Origin: Callorhinchus milii
Lineage: Eukaryota
Reading direction: 5' to 3'
Assembly: GCF_018977255.1 (NCBI RefSeq)
Contig: NW_024704743.1
Coordinates: 91,514,001 to 91,578,000, forward strand
DNA: 64,000 nt
Shown: positions 53,870 to 64,000 of the stretch, in pieces
How positions within the stretch are numbered: the stretch's first letter is position 1
How the letters are laid out: each line of letters opens with the position of its first letter
Notes under the pieces: generated by a model
Databases searched by the model: none
What the model saw: only the letters and a program-made list of their open reading frames with translations
Told to the model about the DNA's origin: nothing
Made by a program: the position numbers and the translations under genes

Positions 53870-55118
53870 TGTATCTGTCTCCCCGTCCTCCCCGATCTCT
53901 CTGCTGCCTTTGACACTGTGGACCACTCTATCCGCCTCCACCTTAACCTTCAAGCTTCTGTCCTTGAGTGGTTCAGATCCTAACTCTCACACTGGCTCCA
54001 CTTGACTCCACAAATGGCTTCTCATCCAGCCCCCGCATCATCTCATACGATGTTCCTCAGGGCTCTGTCCTCGGGCCTCTCCTCTTCAACCTGTACATGC
54101 TCCCTCTTGGTGACTTCATCCGCAGACATGGGGTCAACTTCCACATGTACGTGGATGACACTCAACTCTATCTCTCTGCCTCCACCCTCGACCCCAGGAC
54201 CACTGATGTCCTGACAGACTGCCTGTTGGACATCAAGTTTTGAATGAAAGCTAACTTTCTACATTTGAATGTCAGCAAGACCAAGGCCCTCCTGATTGGC
54301 TCACACCAGCCCCTCTTCACCTCAGGCACTGGCAGCATCAGGATCTATGGATGCACACTCCACCTCACCAAGCCAGTCGGGAACCCAGGCATCCTATTCG
54401 ACCCTCAACTGTCCTTTCTCTCCCGCATCCATGCCATGACCCGCTCTACCTTCCCCCACTTCCGCAACATTTCCGGACTCCCCCAGTGCCTCAGGCCGTC
54501 GAACCTCTCATACATGCCTTCATTACAACCAGGCTCGACTATGCCAACTCCCTGCTTGCCGGCCTTCCCAACTTTCCCTCCACAAGCTGCAGATCATCCA
54601 GAAATCTGCAGCTTGTGTCCTCTCCCACACCAGGCTCTGTGACCCCATCATACCCACCTTCGCCTGGCTCCCCATCCCTCAGAGGATCGAGTTAAAAATT
54701 CTCGTGCTCACCTTCAAGGCCCTCCATGGCTTTGCCCCCTCTACCTCTCCAACCTGCTGGCCCCTTATTGACCTGTCCACTCCCTCCTCTCAGCAGGTTC
54801 TGACCTGTTCCACGTCCCCCACCCGGCCTGCCCCACCATCAGTGGTAGGCCTTCTGCCTCTCTGCCTCCACCCTCTGGAACTCCATCCCACATTCTCTTC
54901 ACTTCACTCCCTTCTTTGCCTCCTTCAAGGCATGCCTCAAGACCCTCCTCTTTGACCGTGCCATCGGACTTCCTCCTACCCCCACCCTCCCCGCCCGCCA
55001 CCCTCCCTAATCCCACCACTAACCCCCACTCCCCCACTGGCTCGTGTCCTAATCCCTGACTGTTCAGTGCCTCGGAGTATCCTCCTGACTTGAAAGGCAC
55101 TTCACAGATGTAATTCTG
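53870..55118 (+). mobile_element. L2 LINE fragment (RT core to tail)
   Basis: [30 protein letters not shown], with stops and frameshifts. Confidence 0.9.
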
Positions 55119-55321
55119 TATTGAATATTATGTTATGTGAATACAAATGTCAAGAGGTAGGAATTGAATAAACAAAATGAAAAATCACCATCTTCTGCTA
55201 TTTGTGTAATCTTAGTCTTGCTAGAAGACTGTGCGCTTAGCTAATTAAACCTAATGTTACCTCTTAGCTGTTTGAGGTACTTCACCTGATAGATATCCTT
55301 TGGTGTCTTGGGCAATCTGAT

Positions 55322-55373
55322 GGCAGGATTTCATAAGTCTAGGGCAGGATTTCATAAGCCTAGGGCAAGATTT
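55322..55373 (+). repeat. 21-bp tandem repeat, about 2.5 copies
   Basis: ggcaggatttcataagtctag-ggcaggatttcataagcctag-ggcaagattt. Confidence 0.85.
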
Positions 55374-57584
55374 GCCCTGTGACATTTTTAAGTAGTCCAC
55401 AGTAGATAATTTGTTTCCTCTAGGATTTCTACAAAAATAGAATAGCACCAAAGAATGGCGCACATGTTACAATAATAATAATCCTTACATTTGTTATTGC
55501 ACCTATAAAAGCAAAGTGCTTCACAAAGTTTTGTACAGTATTGTAGTAATAATAATCCTTGCATTTGATATAGTGCTTTTCACGTCTTCTGGATGTCTCA
55601 AAGCACTTCGCAGAATATACTGTAAAGTGAATTGACTGTATATTTGTGGATGAAACATTGTGACTGTATATTTTGAAGGTATTTTGAAAGTAACCAATTT
55701 TGTGCACAGCAATGTACCAAAAACAACCAAGAAGTGAAATGACAAATTTTATTATAATAATAATCATGATCCTTACATTTGTTATACAACTTGAATATAG
55801 TACCCTTCATGTGGGATAGTGTCTCAAAGTGCTTAATACAGTGCCTTTCACATTGGGAGGACATCTAAAACCACTTCACAGAATATGCTGTTGTCTGGGG
55901 AAATTGTTGGCCAGGACACCAAAAGAAACTCCATTCTCTTTTCAAATACTGTCATGGGATCTTTAATATTCACATCCACTGGGCAGGTGGGACTTTGGTT
56001 TAATGTCTCATCTAGAAGATGACACCTTCAACACTGCAGGACACCCCCACTGGATTGGAACATTTGCCTATATGAACAAAATGCATATTGAAGTAACATT
56101 GAAGTGTATTGGGTTCAGTGTTATTTTTTCTGAACTAATCTTCTAATGACATTGGAGTCTGACTGGGTTATAGATTAGTGGCAGATGAAGAAAACCTGCA
56201 TGTATGGCCAGCTCTGGCACTTGACTGCAAATTGACTGAAATCACATCTCGATCAATATTGTGCACATTTGCACAATTTTAAACCACGGTTTAAAAATAA
56301 TAATCAAATATGCCTTTGCTGCAAAGAACTCAAAGTGAATATTTGTCTGATTTTTAAAAAAAAAAATGTAATGAAATCAACTAGATATAAATGATTGTTC
56401 ATTTTAAATGTCTCCTCTGGAAGTGTGAGTGTGGAGTTTGTAGGCATGTTTGACTTCAGCTGTGATATCCTTCCAGCTGATCTCTCAGTCAAGGCTCACA
56501 CATGTTTAAGAGTCCAGGATACCAGAGCTAATTTCCATGTTGAAAGAAAAAAAGAGTTGAAAGGAAAAGAAAAAAGGTGAGAAAAAAATACAGATACAGA
56601 AATCAGAAAGAAAAAGAAACACATGGGGTAAAGTGAAAAAAGTAATATTGGAAGCAAAATTGAAGTGTGAAACACAGAAAGAAATGGAAAAAGTAACATG
56701 AATGAAAGAGGGCAAAGTACAAGCAAGAATAACAAAACCGTAAAGAATAACCTGGGATAGAAAATTGAAAGGTACAAAGTAAAAGAAAAGAACATGACTG
56801 GCAATAAAGCTGCTTTCACGCCAGAGGTCAACAGCCATACGTTTGGCTCGTTCCATTCCAGCTTTCTTGAACTTTCTCTTGAGTGCTACAGGATCAATAT
56901 GGTTTGTCCTCACTCCTATTACATTCCCCAGCAGAGTGGACAACAGTTGATGGAGCTGAGAGAAACTGCTTGCAGGCACTCTCTAGTCAAGCTAAACAGG
57001 ATCCATGACAAAACAAAATTGCTTTGGCTCAATTTCCTTTGTGAAACAATGTATATGCAGCAAAGTTTACATTATAAGCACTCCAACCTTCAACACAGTC
57101 AAGAGAGAGGAAACCAAAATGTTTCTCTTGGAGCAATAATTTGACACATTTACAGGAACCACAATCCCGTTTTTAATGTGTCACAGGGGTAGCTGAACTT
57201 ATTAAAACACAGAAACAGGCTTTGATGTTCTCTTTAGGATCCACTTCAATTGAAAATATTCATCCAAAGCTCTGTTTGTAACTGTGTGCACACCAAATGG
57301 TTCTCCTGAGACTGAAAAGTATAGCCGATCCATTACTCAACCTTGATTTTAATAACCTTGGCAGCAACAGCTTTAAACTTTGCTGCCAGACCACTTTCCT
57401 CTATCCTTCGTAAAGCACTTCAACTATGTTCATATTGTACAACAATCTTTCAGCTCTTTTCAAAAGTCAAAGTGTGCACAATAACAGAATCAAATCAATG
57501 ATTCCACTGGAGCCCTCACACATGTCTGGTGACAGTTTTTTTTAAAAAAACACTAATTTAAACTAAGTCACGGGGTATGATATT

Positions 57585-57960
57585 AATAATAGTATTAATC
57601 CTTGCAATTGATATAGCGCCTTATCACATCTTTGAGATATCTCAAAGTGCTACACAGAATATACTGTAAAGTGAATTGCATGTATATTTTGTGGGCAAAA
57701 CCAGCAGCCAATTGCGCAGAGCAGTGTCCCATAACCAGTTGTGGATTAAAGTGACCAGTTTAGTATTATTTTTTTTGGAGGAATTATTATCCCCAGCAAA
57801 GCGATCTGCCAATTGACTAACAACTGGGTTCCTACTTGTTGCTAGGTAAACAGAGGCATGTGGAGTAAGGAAACTTGCCCAACATTTTGCCCTCCCAGGA
57901 ATTGCACCCGGGTCTCTCGCTTGCGAGGCGTGTGCTCTAACAACTGAGCTACAGGACTCT
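57585..57960 (-). mobile_element. SINE family A, long form
   Basis: Contains the extra internal ctctgtttacctagc...taggaacc segment (read on the minus strand). Confidence 0.88.
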
Positions 57961-58134
57961 ACAGGACATTGGTTATTACATAGAATTAGATAGAATGTTA
58001 CAGCGAAGAAACATACCATTCAGCAAAACTAGTCCATGGGTTTCCCCCTTTAGGAACAGGACTATATTCAGCTGGTGAGATTGTTCCATCATTTTATTAG
58101 AACATGTCTGATCTTTCAATCCAATTTCCTTGTC

Positions 58135-59425
58135 ATAAGAATTTGCTGGGTGAAAGAAGACCAAGGTCTGTGAAGTTCGCTTTCCACCATCCTGGCAGTT
58201 GTTTGACCTGTCATGTCCCAAACTATATACTGTATCCCGATATATTATTTTTCTAGCAGAAATCTATCTAATTTGTTCTTGAAATAGACATAATTTTCTG
58301 CTTCCACTGTCTCCCTAAGGAGCCTGTTCCATAAGTTTACTATTCGCTCACTGAAGTTTCCAAAGATTTGTCCTGAATTTACCTCCCCTTCCATCGCAGG
58401 CCATGTCCTCTGGTTCTAGTATTCAGTACAAGATAAAGCAGCTTACCGTGGTCTGTGTTATCTATTCCTTTCAGAATCTTAAAAGTGTAATCATATCGCC
58501 TCTCAACCTTCTCCAGAGTGAACGTGCCCAGTTTAACTAATGGCTCCTCATAGTACAGTCCCTCAATCATTTTGGTTGCCATTCCTCTGTATTCTCTCAA
58601 TTGCTGCAATATTCTTTTTGATATTGCAGTGACCAGAACTGCACACAGTATTTGAAGATCAGTTGCTCTAGTGATTTATAAAGTGGCAGGATTACCCCAC
58701 TATTTTGGCTCAATGTTGCACTTTTAATACAGCCCAGCATCTGGCTTTAGTCACTGCTACCGAGCACTGTTGCGATAGCTTCAATTTATAATCAATCAGG
58801 ATTCCCAGGTCCTTTTCATTTTCCAAACAGATTATTTTCTTACCATTTAAATAATAGTCCTTGCCTGGAATTTTTTGTTTCTGTGTGAAGCACTTTGCAT
58901 TTTTCTGTATTAAATTTTATCTGCCATCGATCTGTCTAATTTTCAAGAATGTTCAACTTCTCTTGTAATTTATCTGGTTCATCTTTGCAGTCTACCACCT
59001 TCATTAGCTTTGTGTCATCTGTGAATTTAGCCACTGTGCTTGTGATTCCTAGCTCCAGGTTGTTTATGAAGATGTTAAATACAAAAGGTCCCGAAACAGA
59101 CCCCCGTGGAACTCCACTGGTAACATTCTCCCAACCTGATCGCATTCCCTGTACCACCAGTCAGCCAATTATGTATCCATTGCAAGATACTTTGCAAGAT
59201 TCCCGCTTTCTTTACTTTCAGTACCAGCTTTTCATGAGGAACTGTATCAAAGGCCTTACTAAAATCCAGATATACAACATCCACTGCCTTACCCTTATCA
59301 AGCTCCATTGTCACAGAGTCAAAGAAAGCCAGCAAATTAGTTTGGCAGGATATTCCCTTCGTAAACCGATATTGGCTATCTTTTATCATTTAATTACTGT
59401 CCAGATGATCCATGATCTTATTTTT
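58135..59425 (-). mobile_element. CR1 LINE, 5'-truncated and degenerate (RT to 3' tail)
   Basis: SCQTNLLAFF, VDVVYLDFSKAFDTVPH, VTSGVPRGSVSGP, KFTDDTKL, RTRGH. Confidence 0.93.
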
Positions 59426-60956
59426 AATGTCCCGGGCAAGCACCCTCCCTTCCCTCAATCAAGATCTGGCAATATATAAATGTAAATTGTATTGTATGTC
59501 CAGTCCATGTTCAGGTTATTATATCGAGTCAATGCCCAGTCTATGTAGAAATCTGAAAGTAGAAACTAAAATTCTAAAGTAAAATGAAGATAATTATAGT
59601 TCATTATAATAGTTGAACAGAACTGAATTATTTTATTTCAGGTCAGTGGAGCATTTTTTCTGAGCTGCTTTAAGTGATTCATCATCATTTTAATGCAACA
59701 TAGATTCATTATCATTGAATCTATTCATAGATGTGCCTATGCTATTAAATTACAGACAGGATAGCAATGTCTAATCCACTAAAGTCTCTCTAAAATATCT
59801 CTTTTCCCGGATTATGATGAGATCAGATTATCATTCTCATCTGTTCACAATGGCAGTTTAATGGAAAGAATTATTGGGGGACTTGAACAGTGCAGGGCTA
59901 AATTGGCATCTTACAATAAATTGTCTCTCTCAAAATAAACTCAAAATGGTACTTTTCAATAGGAGCAATGAGATAACCGGAGAAAGAAAATGGGAAGAAA
60001 ATAAATCCTCTCAAGATGCAATTCCTGCAGTGAGCTTTCTTTCAAATGAAAGAAGAATGAAGCTATCCATCATGGGTATGGGGCATACGACTAGTGAAGG
60101 AGGATCAGAGGACCAAATCTCCCTCCAGTAATAACTAGACTGCAAATCAAGGAAAGGACTGAGAAACTCTTTCCAACTCAGAAAAAAACAAGTCCAAATA
60201 AATGAACCACTAGATATAAGTTCAAATGAAAGTTGAAGAAAGACATATCGTGGTAGAAATTCAACTCAGGTCGAGATTTACTTCAGAATTTGGCAAATGT
60301 TTAAATACAGTCGTAATTTTGAAATTGTTTTTTCTGCAAGTTTATTTACACATTGGATTAAGAGTTAAGATGGAATTATGATTTTCCTTCCAATTGATAC
60401 AATGCCTTATCACATCGTCAAGCTATCTTGAAGGTTTATTTGAAGTGTAGTAACTGTAGATTTGTAGGTAACATGGTTATCAACATAATGTCATAATTAA
60501 GTCAATCCTCTGTGGCAGACTTCGTAGTCTTGTTCCTGAGGCACATCAGTCCATGATATTTCAGGGTATTGTTTATAACTGATCAACCAGGCTAGCTCAT
60601 CAACAGGACTATAAAGGACAGATCAGTCACTCGGAGCAAAGATTCTTCCCACTCAGTTTCTGTTAACCCTGAAACAGGTACAGTGGTCCTGGTGTGAAGT
60701 AGTGAGAAGCTTGCTAAACAGTATTTTAATGGCAAGCTAATGCAGTTTAATGTTGTTTTAGCTGATTAAACTCCAGTAGCACCCCAACACACACTTTGAG
60801 GGGTCTCCACATCTTGGCTCTTGCCACCTGTGCCTAATACTCTCCAGAATTAAAACGGAAGAATGTGTCCTTCAGGGAGAGAGTTCAACATTCAGGGAAA
60901 TTTTGATGGTTAGGTGGCATATCTCTGTGGCATATCGCACTCTGCTTTGGATACTT

Positions 60957-61268
60957 GTGGAGTCCTGTAGCTCAGTGGTTAGAGCACTCGCCTTGCAAGC
61001 GAGACACCTGAGTTCAATTCCAGGCAGGGCGAAACCATGGGCAAGTTTCCTTACTCCACACGCCTAATAATAATCCCTCCAAAAAACAATAATAAATTGG
61101 TCATTTTCAATCCACGACTGTTTGTGGGACACTGCTGTGTGCAATTGGCTGCCGTGTTTCGCCCACAAATATACAGTCAATTCACTTTACAGCATATTAT
61201 GTGAAGTACTTTGAGATGTCTAGAAGACGTGAAAAGCGCTATATCAAATACTGGGATTATTATTATTA
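60957..61268 (+). mobile_element. SINE family A, full length
   Basis: Head, body and tail. Confidence 0.9.
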
Positions 61269-61583
61269 AGCAGACCGATGGTTTCTGCATGTGTCAGACA
61301 TCCGCTGACCAAGTAAAAGTAATTTGAGTGAACTGAAGTGATTATTAGATTATAAAGCTATTGAACAATCATGCAGGAACCTCCCCTTTATTTGGTAAAG
61401 CAGGATAACTCAATCAGAACCTCAGAAAGTTGAAAACATAGTAAATTGCTTTTATTCATTAAATAATCTGGAGTACTGCATATTGAACAAGAGGACATAT
61501 TCAGCATGCTTAGTATGGCTCTGCGACAATGGTGAGGCACTGCAGCTAACAAAGTTAACTCCCCCAGAAAATAAGAAAATAAT

Positions 61584-62196
61584 GGTGAGGCCCTTCACCA
61601 TTCCCGAAACCAGGTGTTCTACTGGCAGATCGAGGGTCCGGTGAGGGCCTGCCTCAGGCTCACCCACACTAGGATCAGGGACTATATACTGAGGGACGAG
61701 CTGAAGTTCAGCTCAACCACGGCAAAAGCCAGATGGGGCCTGGCCCTGACAGGAGCTGCTCCGGCACAAACTGCTCAGGGCGCACTCACTGGGTAGTCCA
61801 TAAGTGCACCCAAAACTGACTGAAGTAAGGGTACAGAAGGATGCTCGAGATGTAATCAAAGAGCGTCCCAAAAATGTATGTACAATAAACATGTGGACGT
61901 ACGGTGCACATCGGGGCACCTTCCGAAAGCGGCAAGTGCACCTTATCAGGGTGTGTGCGGGCACGCACATGGATGTGGTGTACACAGGGGCAACTTCTGA
62001 CTGTTTTAAAGGGAGTGTCCCCAAAAAAACATGTGCACAACCTATGTGTGGGGAAGAAACTTACTGTAAACAACAGAATGTTTTTTTTTGTATCGGGAGG
62101 AAGGGAAAAATTGTAACAGAAGATGTTGTGTTTGTTTGGGATTTCTGTTGTACTAATTATTATATTTATAAATAAATACATATTTTCAAAAAAAAA
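61584..62196 (+). mobile_element. 3' end of a Tx1/L1-clade LINE
   Basis: Frame EALHHSRNQVFYW...CLRLTHTRIRDYILRDELKF...AKARWG resembles the Tx1 ORF2 C-terminus as I recall it. Stop at 61796, ~390-nt 3'UTR, AATAAA at 62171, A-tail 62188-62196; possible TSD AAAATAAG. Confidence 0.7.
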
Positions 62197-64000
62197 TAAG
62201 CCATGATTGAAGTATCACAGTCAAACCTTAGCGTCCTGGTGATGTAATTTAGCTATTCAGCCCAGAGAAATTATGTTTCAAGACCAAGAATAGACCATAC
62301 CGCATCAAGAGATGTAATATCTAGAAATTTAATATCACATCTGTTTCAAAGTTATCATACTTCATACCTCAGCTGAATACCATGGGAGGAAAGATGTAAT
62401 GTTAGAAAAAAAAGGCTCAATGTGAATTGATGTACATTGATATATCACCACAAAACTGTTATGAAACATCATATTTTTCATTCCCAGGATCATGAATTGC
62501 AAACATTGATACGCATAAGTAATAACTGCCTTGTTAATTTCTCTGTTTATGCTTTACCACGTGAACCATGAGATTTTATTCTAAGTTCTACAGTATTCTT
62601 CTCGCACAGTTTATAGCCCACTGTAAAAGTATAGTGGATATGATCATATTTTCTGATTTTATTCTTATTACAGTTGTGGCTGTTGCAAGAGATTCTGTAA
62701 TTTTATTGACTATAGTTTTGTGCTGTAACTTACATATATTTCCCTTTCCTCTCTTCATTACTGGTCTGGTAGTATGCTGTACAAACCTTTTCTTGTTTGA
62801 TTCAGCTGAAACTGATTTGATTTTGACACAGTATTCATATTCCAGTTATGGAAATCAGCAATATTAAAAACATCCAAGTACGGAGGTTTCAAATGTAATA
62901 GAATATTTATGAATGACTGCACAGACATAATCTTATCTCCTTGGAATCTCAGTATGTGAATGCATAATAAATTCTGGCAGATTTATTCTTGCATAGCAAA
63001 AAACAAAATACCAATGAAGGGAATGTTGCCAAGATTCAGGGGGAGCTAGACTTTTCCTTTTGTTTTTATAAGTGCTCTTTAGATGTGGGGTATTTTAAAA
63101 ACCACAATGCTGAAAAAGATTAATCAACTATTGAAAACAATGTGGTATCATTTACAATATTTCTTAGCACATCACTTAATGAGAAAAGTATAATTATCCA
63201 ATTCCTAAAACATTGTATATGTACTGAAGCTGACAATCAGTGTTTTCTAAATTCAATAAATACACCTTTCCATTGACAAATCTGTTAACAAATAGACCCT
63301 GAAATTACATCATTTTCAACCATTTGACAGTCTCCCTCATCAGCCCGCAGCAGGTTTTGGTAGGAAGTTAGCCAATAGCTTTTGGCTAATGCCTTTCCTG
63401 GATTCACTGCACATTATCAGAGTCCTTGTACACAAAATACCACTAATCTTTATATTTTATGCCCCATTTAATACTACTGCAAATTAAGTGGTTTGGCCGT
63501 GAGCCCACTCCGAATCACATTGGCCAGGAGCAAAGAGCTTTGCAAGCATGCGCAGTAAACACAGAGGTCTGATATCGGGTGATTGATTATTAATGTCAAT
63601 AAAGAGCCAGTCTCATTACCAAATTGACCCTTTCTGACTGGAACCTGAAGCATTTATTCTGTAAATGGCATACACATGTGGAACTTTCAGTCTTGTTTGG
63701 ATACCCTTAAGCATGGTGATGGGTTTCTGCGTGTATAAGATAGCTGGCTGACCAAATTAAAAATTGATCTATGAATGAATCACTGTAGGGAATTGAAGCA
63801 TTGACAAAACTAAAATGTGATAAGATGGTCCCACCAGCTGTTTTCTCAGCATAAAAAGTGTCAGATACATTGGGCATGACAATATTTAGCCTTGGATGTG
63901 AGGTCAGAAGCAATGCAGTAACACTTTTTTCAGCCAGATGTCTGATAAACCTGGAAACCCATTACCATGCTTATGAGTATCCTAACTGAACATAGGTATT

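Noticed and set aside
56496..56979. Hydrophobic minus-strand ORFs
   Set aside because: Derived from an A/G-rich low-complexity tract; no recognisable domain.

Overview
This is vertebrate genomic DNA. The repeat landscape (L2 and CR1 LINEs, Deu-type and tRNA-derived SINEs, Penelope-type palindromes) suggests a cartilaginous fish, possibly a chimaera; that assignment is inference only. The single host coding feature is the first coding exon of RALYL (RRM domain) on the minus strand. The exon spans 51287-51558, with the ATG at 51542, 256 coding nt and a phase-1 GT donor. I recognised no other RALYL exon, so the rest of the window is probably intronic. It is dominated by retroelements: more than a dozen L2 fragments, CR1 fragments, one Tx1-type 3' end, a possible RTE-type RT relic, about 20 copies of a young tRNA-Ala-headed SINE and about 12 older Deu-type SINE copies. 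The most notable structures are five. (1) A TSD-flanked ~190-bp palindrome carrying minimal hammerhead-ribozyme cores, probably Penelope-derived, with a second copy at ~20.3 kb. (2) A chimeric SINE (tRNA head, CORE-like middle, Deu-type 3' part, L2 tail) whose terminal stem-loop covaries with that of the local L2. (3) A ~94-bp-arm inverted repeat at 20.7-21.0 kb. (4) Several nested insertions. (5) Inverted SINEs flanking the ATG exon, which could favour a circular RNA. Most ORFs in the six-frame track are TE-derived or spurious. Family names come from recall of consensus motifs, not from database searches, and element boundaries are approximate.
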